NCBI GenBank assembly: GCA_951406725.2
Contig: OX597829.1
Coordinates: 54,560,001-54,624,000 of the forward strand
Source of the DNA: Octopus vulgaris
Taxonomy: Eukaryota
Direction of reading: 5' to 3'
Length of the DNA: 64,000 nt
The notes beneath the pieces were generated by a model, which saw only the letters and a program-made list of their open reading frames with translations, was not told where the DNA came from and searched no databases. Made by a program: the position numbers and the translations under genes. Below, piece by piece: positions 1-12,776 of the stretch. Numbering within the stretch: position 1 is the first letter of the stretch; every line of letters starts with the position of its first letter.

Positions 1-279
1 ATCTTTGTCTTGCAGGTTACATGGTGACCCTATCAGTGCAGGTGCTACTTAAAATGCATCCAGCTGTAAAACCCTTGTCAAAGCTGACCTGACTTGTGCT
101 TGTGCCATGTAAAAAGCACTAAGTCCACTCTGCTGAGTGGTTGGTGTTAGGAAAGGCATCCAGCTGTAAAAATGCTGCCAAAACATTCACAGAAGTCTGG
201 TACAGGATGCTGCTTGGCCGGCTCCTGTCAAACTGTCCTACCCTTGCCAGCATGGAAGGCAGATGTTAAACGATGATGA
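1..279 (+). mobile_element. RTE LINE 3' UTR fragment
   Basis: Contains gcatccagctgtaaaa ... ccagcatggaaggcagatgttaaacgatgatga, the same tail as 7130-7294. Confidence 0.75.
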
Positions 280-751
280 AAATATAATTTTGTAGAAAGT
301 TCAGAGCAACAGAGTGAAAAGAAGACAAGAGCTAAGAGATGTGAACACTGAAGTCACCAGGACAGAAGTACATTGAACGAAAGTAACTGGAAATTTTTGA
401 TGCTGCTATCCAGATGAGAGAGAGAGTGACTGCGCCATCTTTCAGAGTAAAGTTGAATTAGTGACAGTAAAGATTAGCTAGAGACATCAGGTGAGAAATT
501 TGTCTTGAGTGCGAGTTACTTACATGTTAATATCAGATGAACAGGTAGATACACTATTACTGACAGAATACATTGATTAAATTACACTATTTTTTAACAA
601 TACACCAAACAGAATTCTCAAGCCTGACAAAAACATTTTCAGTTTCATTTTATTAGATTCCAAATTAGCCAGTCGTTTAGATGAGGATTTAGATAAATTC
701 AAAATTTATATTTGCATGTCATGTAAGAAATGAAGTTTTAATAAAACTAAC

Positions 752-830
752 CTGCTCTGTCATCCAGTTCAGAGATTTTAGAATCTCTTTCCAAAACTTT
801 ATCAACATTCACGCGCATAATATCTACAAC
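752..830 (-). CDS. VAMP: Synaptobrevin/VAMP exon (R-SNARE motif with zero-layer Arg)
   Basis: ttttctacag|GTT GTA GAT ... AGA GCA G|gttag, 79 nt, encoding [26 protein letters not shown]. The remaining exons lie left of base 1. Confidence 0.97.
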
Positions 831-1075
831 CTGTAGAAAAAGAAATATATATATATATATATAAATATATAAAATGCAACAGCATTAGTAATTTATGCTT
901 CAAATAACCATTTTCATTACTTTATGAAAAATATTTTAAGCTGGTAAAAGAAATTTTTAAGAAAACTGTATGAAAAAAATGAAAGTAAAGATAGTCTTAC
1001 ACAAAAAATTTGAAGGACTCACTTTGCAAAAATTAAGATTGAATAATAAAGCATGAACAGAATTTTATGAATTAC

Positions 1076-1181
1076 CTCTTCAACTTGAGCCTGTGTTTGT
1101 TGCAACCGTTTACTTTGCTGGACAGGCTGAGGAGGGCCTTGTGGTGGGCCGGGAGGGCCACCAGGCTGTGGTGGGCCTGAC
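1076..1181 (-). CDS. VAMP: Synaptobrevin/VAMP exon (Pro-rich region and start of SNARE motif)
   Basis: tttctttag|G TCA GGC ... GTT GAA GAG|gtaat, 106 nt, encoding SGPPQPGGPPGPPQGPPQPVQQSKRLQQTQAQVEE. Confidence 0.96.
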
Positions 1182-1803
1182 CTAAAGAAATATATTAGAC
1201 AATAAATTAACACTTTGCTTTTGAAATGAATTTAATCCAAATAAGTTTCATAATTTAGACATCTTACTTTAAAAGGAATCTAATACAAAAACTAACTGAA
1301 AGCAATCTGACAAATTTAGTTGATAACTATATTTTAAAGGAATAAAATAATTATCTCCGTAATCAATAATTTATTTTGATTATTCAAAACAAACTTTAAT
1401 TAGCAAACAAACTTACAAAGCTAAAAAACTTCATGCTTAATACTTAAACAAGATTGGATTAATCATACTGTACATCCCCACAAAAAATGATAAAACAATT
1501 TTTTGGCAAGATATATCAAAAAGACAAGCATGACTTAATTTTTAGCAATGAAAAAAGAAGTAAATTCAATGTATTTTTTTAAGACAATAAAATTATCTCA
1601 AATGAAGATATTACACTAAACTAGAAACATTTCAACAACCTTATGGAAATCAAGAAGATTTGCTACCTTATAACTGCTATAGAGAAATTGTTTCTGGAAA
1701 TCAACTTAAAGAGATTTTCATAAATATAAGATAAAAGAATTACAAAAAAGAAAAAATTATATAAAATCAAGATAGAAAGAGTACACACACTTGTGTGTGT
1801 GTG

Positions 1804-1834
<31 letters not shown>

Positions 1835-2071
1835 CCACACACACACACACACATCTTTGGGATGTTGTATAATGTGTCCAACAGAACAGTACATAAAATT
1901 TCAAGCATTTATACATGCAGCATCTGTACAATATAAGCACAGAAAACTAAAAAAACTGAAAGAGATAGTTCTATAGAGTGCAGTATAAACACAAAAATTA
2001 AAATAAATTTACAGAGTCAACAGTGATTACAACAATGAGCAGTAGCTACAGCACATTAACTCTGTACTTAC

Positions 2072-2113
2072 GGTGGACCCCCAGGGCCAGCCTGTGGATT
2101 TTGTGGTCCAGAC
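2072..2113 (-). CDS. VAMP: Synaptobrevin/VAMP 42-nt exon (SGPQNPQAGPGGPP)
   Basis: tacttag|G TCT GGA CCA CAA AAT CCA CAG GCT GGC CCT GGG GGT CCA CC|gtaagt, phase 2-2. The peptide matches the N-terminus of squid synaptobrevin as I recall it. Confidence 0.92.
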
Positions 2114-2539
2114 CTAAGTAAACATGGAGAAAAATGCATTAGCCACTAAAGAACGAGGATTTCTTTGAAGTATTTTTTTTATCCGTTATATATTTTTTCA
2201 CCAACACTTACATGGTAAAAAGCTGTTCCAGGAGCTGTATAAATCAATAACATTATATTACAAGCTGTGTATATAATAGAAATTTCCTCCTCTTTGATTC
2301 ATCTAGAGCAGAAAATCCCATACCCAAAATATGAAGGATTATGAAAATGCTGGAGTTTTCACTTCAATTATTATTGAGGAACAGAAAAATAGAAATACAC
2401 TGGTAGAAAGGAAAATTCACGTAAATCAAAATGTGATATGGTTAAAAAGGTTTGGGTAATAAGTAGTTTTAAAATGAATAGAAATTCACCAAATATGAAA
2501 ATGAACAGAGTGCTAAAAAAAGTAAAATTATTTTTTTCA

Positions 2540-2689
2540 GGCACAGGAGTGGGTGTGTGGTAAGTAGCTAGCTTACCAACCACATAGTTCCGGGTTCAGC
2601 CGGCACCTTGGGCAAGTGTCTTCTACAATAACCTCAGGCACTAAAGCCTTGTGAGTAGATTTGGTAGACGGAAACTGAAAGAAGCCCGT

Positions 2690-2700
<11 letters not shown>
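2540..2700 (+). mobile_element. tRNA-derived CORE-like SINE
   Basis: ggcacaggagtgggtgtgtggtaag...gggttcag head and ccttgggcaagtgtcttctac core, ending in a (TG)/(TA) microsatellite. Many copies in the window. Confidence 0.75.
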
Positions 2701-2738
<38 letters not shown>

Positions 2739-3468
2739 GTGTATGTATATATATATACCCCACCATGCTTTGCAACCGATGGGTAACTGAAAAAGTAAAA
2801 CACATTAGTAGAATCACAAACTATATTAAGGGTCGCATCAGATTGATCAAATGAAGAGCCAATGAGGGAACCTGTACATGATTTCTTGACCTATTGGAAA
2901 AAGTTCATTGAAATCACCATTAAAAAAAAAGCTGTAAACAATGGCTAACTGTAGTTACAGACATATCAACTTGTAAGAGGCAAGGTGATCATGGCTTAAA
3001 TATCTAATGGGTCTAATTTGATTCAAGTGTCTTCAAAAACAAATTATTATTTTTTTTAATAAAAGGTCATGATGACATATTTCTTGTTAGGTTGATCCCC
3101 ACAATTTGAGAAGGCAAGTGGTCTGAACCAGCAAGATTCAATTTAAAAAGAAGTTTGCAAAAAGAAAAAAAAAAAAGTAGTTATGTGGAACAGGAGACGA
3201 AAATGGAAGCCTAAAAGACAATGCTTAAGTGGAAAGCAAAAGTAAAGAATCAGGAAAAAAAAAAAAAAATAAATAAAATAACATTCCATAACAAGGAAAG
3301 ACAAGAATGTTATGAATCTTCAATTGATTTCAACAATGAGCATTCAAATGTTCAAATCAACTTTACCTACTCATTAGCATTGAGGGACTAAATCAGTGAG
3401 ACGACTTGTGATAGGGCTTTACAGTACAATTCATACTCAGTCTCCAGAGCTTCTAAGTACTCACTTAA

Positions 3469-3684
3469 CCCTTTAGCATTCGAATTAATATGTCAAAAGT
3501 AATCTTTATTCATTTACATTTTAAAAAATTAATCTGGTATTATCTTGTAGCTTCAAGATTTGAAAGATGTAATTATTTTTAGAATGACATTGCAGGGTAG
3601 GTGTGAGATACTGGTTCTGGCCAATTTGAGCATAAAATGAATAGAATATTTGAGCCGGATATAGCCGGTTTAAACACTAAAGGG
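3469..3684. mobile_element. piggyBac-like MITE
   Basis: TTAA|CCCTTTAG ... CTAAAGGG|TTAA: terminal inverted repeats with a TTAA target duplication. Confidence 0.8.
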
Positions 3685-4050
3685 TTAACCTGCTAGAAGC
3701 AACAAGCAAATCCAAACAAAATGCTAGTCTTAAAAATTAATCATATATTGTTAAACTAGGACCGTACGAAAATATCTTCTCTCAGGAATGACAGAGCTAA
3801 GCAACTGTCATATGATACAAGGATAAAGGAAATGCATTATACACACAGAGGATATTTCAGAATAGAGCTAATTTGGTTTAAGATGCTTTTTCTTTTTTTT
3901 TTTTTTAAACCAAACATATAGCTATAAATGTCAGGACTAGAGACAACTCAAGTGAAATTCTTAGCTAACAACTGAATGCTCTGTTTTGCATCTGTTGACA
4001 ACAATGCTATGTGTGTGTGTGTGATATGGCAGATGTTTGGGAAACTTTAA

Positions 4051-4240
4051 CCCTTTAGCAGGAAGATTACTTTCAAAAGTAATGTTTGTTTATTCATATT
4101 GCATTGAATTAACCATGTATTATCTTGTAGCTTTGGAATTTTAAACATAGTAGTCTAAGTGTGAGAGGTCACATTTGGCAGGTTTGAACATAAAACAATG
4201 TTTTGGCCACATATGGCAAGCTGAAGTGCCAAAAGTTTAA
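4051..4240. mobile_element. piggyBac-like MITE, second more decayed copy
   Basis: TTAA|CCCTTTAGCA start, internal similarity to 3469-3684. Confidence 0.7.
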
Positions 4241-5854
4241 TGAGCAGTTTATGAAAACTGTGCAAACTACAAATGAATGCTGATAGCATGATTAGAACAA
4301 GCAATTCACACGACATTTTATACTCATTTTAATAATAAATTTCTGAAATCAGATGACAAGTGGGCAAGAAAGAAAGATGTGGAAAATGTTCAGAAAACAG
4401 CTGTTCCTAGGTATTTCTATTCTCGTGAAAAGCTGATTGTTAAGCTAATGTAAGGAATATGGCACTGCATGGTAGAAAGACATGGTCATCAAGTGTGAAT
4501 GATAACAGAAACTGAAAGAAAATGAGACAAGCAGAATCTAGTGAGTGTCTAATGTAAATGCGAGATATAAATGTGAATAATTGAACTGTGTGAGATGTTC
4601 ATGAATGATTATCACCAACAATTGGATGTAAAGTAGATTAACCAAATTTAAAGCAAATATGGGATGGTAAGAAAGCGTGGTGCAATTTCAAAGTGCAAAA
4701 ATTCTATCTGACCCATGAGAAAAATGAACGTTAAATGATAAATGTCATTGAAATTTAACACAAAAACTAAATTCCATCTTTGGCTTTAGTTTTACATGGT
4801 AACTAATGAGGGAAAATTAACTGATAGCCCTAATCATATATTTTGAAATTGCTGAATTTGGAGAAGAAATCCAAGTTTTTAGCAACCAATAGAGCTTATG
4901 AGTAAATTTAATGTGCATAGAGTGTGAAAAAGAATGATTGGGATAGGAGGGGGCAATAAGTAGTTAAATGGATAGAAAGGATAGTTGTGATCAATGGCAA
5001 CATTCAGAGAAAGTTATAGAGTATCCAAAGTAGTACTGGCATATTATATTGAAGCAGGGTGGAAAATATGTGATACTAGTAAAGCAGTTAATATTATAGT
5101 CCTGGGGTGGTATGCACATTTGGCAAAGGTTTGTGCTTCTGTGAAATCAACAAAGGAGTTAATCTAGTTAGGGGATAATATTGGCTCTAATAGCAACCAA
5201 AATCCAAACTATTTAACCACTTCTGTAGATCACAGCCTCCAGTCTATAACACATAAAATATCAAGAATTTCCTCCTATTAGATGCTATAGATTTCATTAT
5301 AATATAATCCAAGATGATTATTGGTAATTATCTCCCTGTAGCATTAATGGCTAAAAACATAAAATAAGGCTCAATTTTAAAATTGCAGTTTGCTGAACGG
5401 TTGTGAATATAATGCTGGTAAAGGCTAACATGATTAGAAAATAGACTAAAAGCTGTATGGTCCTGAGAAATGAGAATCTCTTTCTCCATACATTAAAAGA
5501 GTTTATCCAAACTCATGAACATCAGTATAGTTTTATGCAGGTTTACATATTAAAAGTATGTGCGATAGCTTACATAGAGAAAGTGGACCCTAATGAAACA
5601 ATTAGCAAAACCAACAGATGCATTTTTTTCATCTACCATTTCAATATAAACTAGAAAATGGCTTTTAGAAATATAAATAGGATTTCTTTCAAGAAAGCAA
5701 ATGATCCATCTCGTTTTCCAATCAAGCTTTTTTAAAACCTATTTTAAGATTTGTATGCATTCTTCATTTCAACCTTTTATAACCCTTATACATGACTTTT
5801 TTTTAATTATGTGAACATTTTTATATCTACGTTCAGATATAATAAAACAAATAT

Positions 5855-7294
5855 TCTATGCTGATGACCTTGCTCTAATTGCTGAGTCACTATCAGAACT
5901 AGAGGAGGTTTCAAGTGTGGAAACAAGGATTAGAATCGAAGCTAAACCTAGCTAAAACCAAATTCCTAATAAGTGAGAAGGCAGACAAACCACAAATCCC
6001 TTCAGGTAGATGGCCCTGCTCGATCTGTAGAAAAGGCATAGGTAGAAACTCTATAAGATGTACCCAGTGTAAGCTATGGACACATAAGAGGTGCAGCAAT
6101 ATCAAAGGAAAGCTAACTGGGAAGATAGTTTTTGTATGTGGCAGATGGTCAGGCGCAATAAACACTGAAAATGCTCAGAGAACAGCTTCCGTCACATTAC
6201 AGGGAGAAAAACTAGAAGTAGTTGATAGCTTCCGTTACCTAGGAAGTAGCGGGGGAGGGTGCGCTGAAAGTGTAGCTGCTAGAATAAGAATAGCCTGGGC
6301 AAAGTTCAGAGAGCTCTTACCTCTGCTGGTGACAAAGAGCCTCTCGCTCAGAGTAAAATGTAGACTGTATGATGCATGTGTACGAACAGCCATGCTACAT
6401 GGCAGTGAAACATGGGCCGTGACTGCTGAGGATATGTGTAAGCTCGCAAGGCATGAAGCCAGTATGATCCGATGGATGTGTAATGTCAATGTGCATACTC
6501 GACAGAGTGTTAGTACCTTGAGAGAAAAGTTGGACCTAAGAAGCATCAGTTGTGGTGTGCAAGAGAGACGATTGCACTGGTATGGTCATGTGGCAAGAAT
6601 GGATGTGGATAGCTGTGTGAAAAGGTGCCACACCCTAGCGGTTGAGGGAACCTGTGGAAGAGGTAGACCCAGGAAGACCTGGGATGAAGTGGTGAAGCAT
6701 GACCTTTGAACATTGGGCCTCACTGAGGCAATGACTAGTGACCGGAACCTTTGGAAATATGCCATGCTTGAGAAGACTCGGTAAGCTCAAGTGAGACCAT
6801 AACCATATGACCTATGCCAGGGGTGTAACTATCCCACTTACGCATACCTTTCCTTCATTGGACACTAAACTGCTTGCAAAGACCTGTTGAGACAAGTGAA
6901 ATCAAATTCAATGACTGGCATCCCTGCTAGTGGAGCGCTAAGAGCACCATCCGAGCATGATTGTTGCCAGAGCAACAAACTGACCTCCGTGCTGGTGGCA
7001 TGTAAAAAGCACCATTCAGGCGTGATCGTTATCAGTGTCACCTTACTGGCACTTGTGCTGGTGGCACGTGAAAAACATTCAAGCAAGGTCGTTGCCAGTA
7101 TCACCTGACTGGTCCTTGTGCCAGTGGCACATAAAAGCACCCACTACCCTCTCGGAGTGGTTGCTGTTAGGAAGGGCATCCAGCTATAGAAACTCTGCCA
7201 GATCAGATTGGAGTCTGGTGCAGCCATCTGGTTCTCAGTCAAATTGTCCAACCCATGCTAGCATGGAAAGCAGACGTTAAACGATAATGATGAT
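5855..7294 (+). mobile_element. 5'-truncated RTE-clade LINE (RT C-terminal half plus 3' UTR)
   Basis: YADDLALIAES at 5857, then a frameshift into ORF 5915-6709 (FRYLG, LYDACVRTAMLHGSETW, RRLHWYGHVARM, GRGRPRKTW). Ends in a (GAT)n-like tail. Confidence 0.9.
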
Positions 7295-7349
7295 TACATG
7301 CCATATCCAAACCACAAAATAAGTACAAGTTTGATCACATATTTAAGAA

Positions 7350-7650
7350 GTTTACTCCACAGCTAAGCAGTTCCTAGTTCAGTCCCATTGTGTGGTATCC
7401 TGGGGGGAAAATATCTTCAACTAAAGGTTTGAATCAGTAAGTGATGAGTGGAATTTGGTAAGCACAAACTGTACAGGAGTCCATCATGTACTTGTGTGAC
7501 TGTTTATTATGTGTTCCTTTATGTGCTGTAACTTAGTGGTCTGACAAATAGATCAATAAAATAAGTATTAGATTTAAATAAGACGTTATGAATTAAATAC
7601 ATAACAGTGGTGTTCCACATGGATGCATAATGACAAAAACAGAAAAAACT
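7350..7650 (+). mobile_element. Decayed CORE-like SINE
   Basis: gttcagtcccattgtgtgg, aacttagtggt and aataagtattagatt segments shared with other copies. Confidence 0.55.
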
Positions 7651-9224
7651 GTATATTTGGTAACTTATTCTGCTTCAAAGAAGCCTATAAACAAAGGCTT
7701 GATTCCATCTGTGACCATTTCTTTTGAGGAGCAAAGAAGGAATATATTATCAGATTTTCTTTCATTTATCTAAGATGGTAGCAGTGTAAAGTGGAAAATC
7801 TCTTGGCTTTCTGTAGCAAGTTGGTCTCCTTGTTAGTAAGTGCATTAATTCCATAATTCAATGACCATATTGTAAAAATTATTAGTTGTTTTTAAACAAG
7901 GCTTCCAAATTGGGACATATGTGCCTCCAGGAGTATACTTGCTCTTCTCAAGGGTATGTAAAGGCCTGGAAGTTTAACCAAGCTGAACAATGTAGCAACA
8001 AATTTTTTACAAAACTAATTTACAGAAACCATTTCAAAATATAGTCATTGCATGCAGCATCAGTGACCAGATGCAATCTCTCTGGCCATATCTCATATAG
8101 GCTGGAGAAGAATAGGAATAAATTTCAATTCAAGTATACCCATTCCAAATTATGAAAGCTGGAATTTTCCCCTAAGTACAAAATACTCTGACTTCATTTC
8201 TCCATTTAAAAATAAAACAAAATTTCATCTTTTCCGTTTATATAGTCTTTGACCAAGAGAACTGCATTTTTCTCAGCTCTTCAAACAAAGACCTGCTTAC
8301 AATAATTCTCTCCCCAGAATCTAAGATTTGGAAATGAGTATTGTGAAATTCCATGTGGATCATTACTTAACTGAATTACATTACATACCATAACACTATA
8401 TCACCAAGATATGAATGTTAAATTATTTTCCCTGGGCTGGTACAATAAAAATATGGAAAATTATAACAGAAGATAGGAAAAACAATCTCTTGGGTTTTCT
8501 AAAAAGTAAAATCTATTGATATCAATGAGAAGTATAGAATTATCTTTAAAAAAAAACAAAAAAACCCCTGAATTCCTGATTTATGCTTAATCAACTTTCC
8601 CATTATTAATTGCAACTATCTCTGCTCCATCTCACTTCCAAACTTCCACGAATCTCATTATTTTATTCAAAATGCAACTCCTCTGGCTGCCAACTACCAT
8701 CCTAATTTACTAATCTTTCTATCCTTTAGATATATGAACATATGAAAGAAAAAAAAACATTCAGAGATCAACTTACAGCTGAAATTTATATACATAGTGA
8801 ACAATGGTATTATTATTCTAGTATTTAGTTTGTCCAAAAATATTGGGCAAAAATATTCAATGAAGTTGCATTCTTACTTGGTAACTTGAGAAAACTAATC
8901 CTGAAGTCAAAGACAAAGATATTTGACTATTTTTAAGCATAAAGTAATGCCCTAGAAATAATGATTGGATTAAGTGGTGGTACTTTCCATCAAAACAGTA
9001 AAACGTATCCTTTAATGTTTCACTTACAATTGTTAAATGAAAACTAAGTTAAAACCACAGACAGCCATGTCCTTCTAGCAAAAGAAGTGGTGATGTGTTC
9101 TTGGAGGTGAAACTGAAACTACAGTCCAGTGGCATATAGAAGAAGTGTCAGGAGACATTTTGAAAGAAATAATTGGCAAGATTTATGTTTGAAATTTTGT
9201 TAGCAGTTCAACTTGGTTCTATCA

Positions 9225-9370
9225 CCATCATTTAACATCTGTTTTCTATGTCGGCATGGAGTGAATGGTTTGACAAGCTGGCAAGTCCGTTGACTGCACC
9301 AAATTCTGCTGTCTGCATGTCCTTCCTAATGCCAACCAGTTTACAGTTGTACTGGGTGCAATTTAGCGAG
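9225..9370 (-). mobile_element. RTE 3' tail fragment
   Basis: catcatttaacatctgttttctatg...ccttcctaatgccaacc is the reverse complement of the RTE tail. Confidence 0.65.
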
Positions 9371-10737
9371 GCCATCTAGCAGTTTGCAAGACAGAGACCT
9401 CTCAACTGAGAGGGAAATAGTATTTGAGTGAAGTGGCTTTGTGCCAGGTGATGAGAGGCTTGAGTGTAAATAGAGGGACAGAAACAGGAGTCTTGCTGTG
9501 GAGGAGATACATGGCTGCCCAGTAAGAGGAAAGTGAGAAGACGGTGAAGGTAAATGGGGAAAATTGTGCTTAGTTGCTAGTGTTTGCATATCATGAAAGA
9601 AATGAAGACACGAATGAATATTATGGAGGAAATCAACAAGCAGATGATGTTCGAAATAGGTTCATTTTGCAAACATGATTTAAAAGAAAATAGGAAAAGC
9701 TGCACAAATGATGGGACATGACTACTGTTAAGATGAATGTAAAGCTTCAGTAGCCCCTAATATAGTTTTTATGTATCAATTTGGCAATAAACGATCTTGC
9801 CTGATTAGCTATCCAGTGAATTATCAGTCAAGATTGTCCCTCCATGTTTACAAAACTTGTGTACGAAGATTTTGGTACTATTCACAATATATCACTTCTG
9901 TACAAATGTAAACTGGTATTAAGAAATGGGAAAAAAAAGAAAAGAAATCCTTTAAGAGCTCCAAAGAGATGCTAAAAGGGATTTTTATCACTTCCATTAG
10001 AGATCAGCTTTTTCCCTTCTGAATCTTTATTTCTGATGCTGTAAATGTGCTTTTCAAGGAAAAGATGGAAACATTTGTACCTAAATTCAGAATATTTACT
10101 GCAAAATTACACCAGTGGGGAGGAAATATGCAATTTGATACACTGATCTAGAAATTCTATCATAGTAATAAATATAGTCAGAGTTCCAATGTAAGAATAT
10201 TCAAATATGTAAGTAGAACTTAATGGATATTCTTCAAATCTTGAAGTGTGTCTTTGGAATCCTTTAAATCACAAATAGTCAGGTATGCAAGAGAAGCTGA
10301 TACATGATAATTCTGCATGTATTTCTAAGAAAAGTTTGAATGATCTTTGGTTTCGGATGTAAAATTCATAAAAAAGATTGCTGAACCTACAATCTGAACC
10401 CTGCTGTTATTTCTAATATTTGTGAGTCATCATTGTCAATGCTGTTAGGGATTAAATCACAAAATGTATGAATATGATATTCGTTGAAACAGTTGCTGAA
10501 GTTTCTCCTCATTAAATATATTAATAAAATGCTTAATACTAACAAATTGAAATGATTACTCACTGGATATTCTATAAAGCTGCAAGAGAAACTTAAATTT
10601 CCCAAAATCTTTAATGGTTAAATTTTATCAACATTTTTTTTTGCCCTTAACTTTTAGAGGTACAAGGGCACTTGCCAGAAAGCCCCAAAAATACAAAAGA
10701 AAGACTTAGGTTGTTTTATTTGATTGTAACAGTTATT

Positions 10738-11463
10738 GTCCCTGATCTCATTCCAGACATGATCTCTTAGTGAGATTCTCAACATCAACCTTTCCATGGC
10801 TCTGTTGTTGTTTTCACTTCAAGGCCCAAGTCTCACAGGCACATAACATTGCAGGCAAGACTGTGTTGCCAAAGAGATTAAGTTTACCTTCAGCACATCC
10901 TCCTTCACCAAGTTCAATGCTCTCCACCCTGCACCTATCCTTCATGAGATCTCATTCTCTATCTCTTGCCTCATAGGCAGTTCTGGACCGAAATACACAT
11001 AGCTGCTCACTTCTTCCATTTCATTACCTTCAACTGTTAGGTGACCAATTGGTACACCCTCAGATCGTATGAACTTGGTATTTGTATGGTTGATCTTCAG
11101 GCCAACCACTGAACCCCTGAAATCCAGTTTGTGTAGCATTGCTTAAGCTTTGAGATAAACATATGACTACAGGCAGGATCAACCAGGGATATAACTGGAG
11201 TGAAGAACATCGTCACAGAATACCACCATACAAAGCTAAAATTGGGTGGTCATGTTGCAAGGTTTATAGACAATCAATGGACCCGTGCAGTTGTCAAGTG
11301 GTACCCATGCAAATGGAAGGGACCACACAGAAGACCTCCAATCAGGTGGGGGAGAGGACTTTAAAAAAATGTTTGGAACAATGTAGAGGAGAATGGCAAG
11401 AGCATGAGGGGAATGGAGCAAATGCTGTAGCCAGCAGACAGCCCAGCCAATCCAGGCGGTTAT
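10738..11463. mobile_element. RTE-like LINE fragment with 5' inversion
   Basis: 10738-11165 on minus encodes GLKINHTNTKF, EEVSSYVYFG and VLPAMLCACETW. 11180-11460 on plus encodes GHVARFIDNQWT and RRPPIRW. AGTTATT flanks both ends. Confidence 0.8.
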
Positions 11464-11674
11464 AGTTATTTTAGAATAATGCCATTAAATTCTTCAAACC
11501 AGTTTTACAGTCACCTGATTTTATGAAATGTGTTGCTAGACAGAGGAATAAAAGATGGACTAAGCTTATACATGTCACTTCACCTACAACTTATTTTACT
11601 AGGGACCCACTACACTTAAATAGAAACGAATATCCACAAGGATTATTTTATACTTTGTGTTTTATGAACTTGTA

Positions 11675-11809
11675 GTAAAGATTGTTTGCCAACATAACAT
11701 GGCAGTCCTGGTTTAGGACTAATGTTGCTGTAATTTCTCCTGGGGCTAAATTACAGCATCATTAGTCCTAAACCAGGACTGCCATGTTATGTTGGCAAAC
11801 AATCTTTAC
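11675..11809. mobile_element. Palindromic MITE (internally deleted copy of the 55163-55513 family)
   Basis: GTAAAGATTGTTTGCCAACATAACATGGCAGTCCTGGTTTAGGACTAATG is followed by its exact reverse complement. Confidence 0.9.
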
Positions 11810-12694
11810 AAAGTACTGTTGCTGAATATCTCACTGAGATTTAAAAAACAGTAATTTTGACTTTGTGGTTACAGATTTTCAACCGACCAATAAATGATTT
11901 ACTGCATTTCAATGGCAGAGTGATCAGAAGAGTATGTAAAGTTTGAATAGATTAAATACCAAATTCTTTTGTTTCAAATATTAGTTTATGGTTAATGAGT
12001 ATATCCTTTGCTAATATGTTTTTCCAGTTTGTCAATTCAAATTTCATTCACAGGATATTTATCAGCACTTACCTAAGGTACTATGCAGTGAAATCGGACA
12101 CAGACCATGGCAAAGTTAACTTTGTATGTATCTGTCCACACACGTTTATTTGTTGTCTTACCTACTGCTGCTCAATATAATTTGATTGTCCACGTTTACC
12201 AAAATATATCCAATCTATGTATCAGTCTTCTAGAAATACTGGAAGGGGGGGGGGGGGAAGAAAGATGTTCAGCTATGATATATATGCATATTTATAAATC
12301 TGTGTTCAGTCTTGTCAACAAAAACAAGCGTGTTTCATTAGTTAGGAGTTGATAGCTTTCAATGGAGGGTACAAAACCTATAAAATCAAATGTAAATAAA
12401 CTGAAATGGAATCAAACCAAAAAACGTAAAGTGAAAATTGGAAATGAAATTTAATAAATTCAAAGAGAAACAAAAAACAAACAAGAATTTAAGAAGAGCA
12501 TGCATGCATATTACCATTTTTCTAAACTTTGCTGGTGTAAAAATAGTGAGTATACAGGGAGAATTCTAAGTTCCTCTACAATGAAATAACTAAAGGAGGT
12601 CATTGAAAGTAGCAAGGACTTAGGATATTTTGGAAGCAAAATGGATTTTCTATTTGCTGAAACAAGAGGACAAATCAGTGAAATTGCTAAGTGC

Positions 12695-12696
<2 letters not shown>

Positions 12697-12771
<75 letters not shown>
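12697..12771. repeat. (GA)n microsatellite
   Basis: Perfect GA run. Confidence 0.95.

Positions 12772-12776
<5 letters not shown>

Noticed and set aside
1019-1213. 64-aa ORF as a standalone gene
   Set aside because: Only 1076-1181 is exonic; the flanks are intron read-through.
5915-6709. 264-aa ORF as a host zinc-finger gene
   Set aside because: It is the Cys-rich insert and thumb region of an RTE reverse transcriptase, frameshifted from the YADD motif and followed by the LINE tail.
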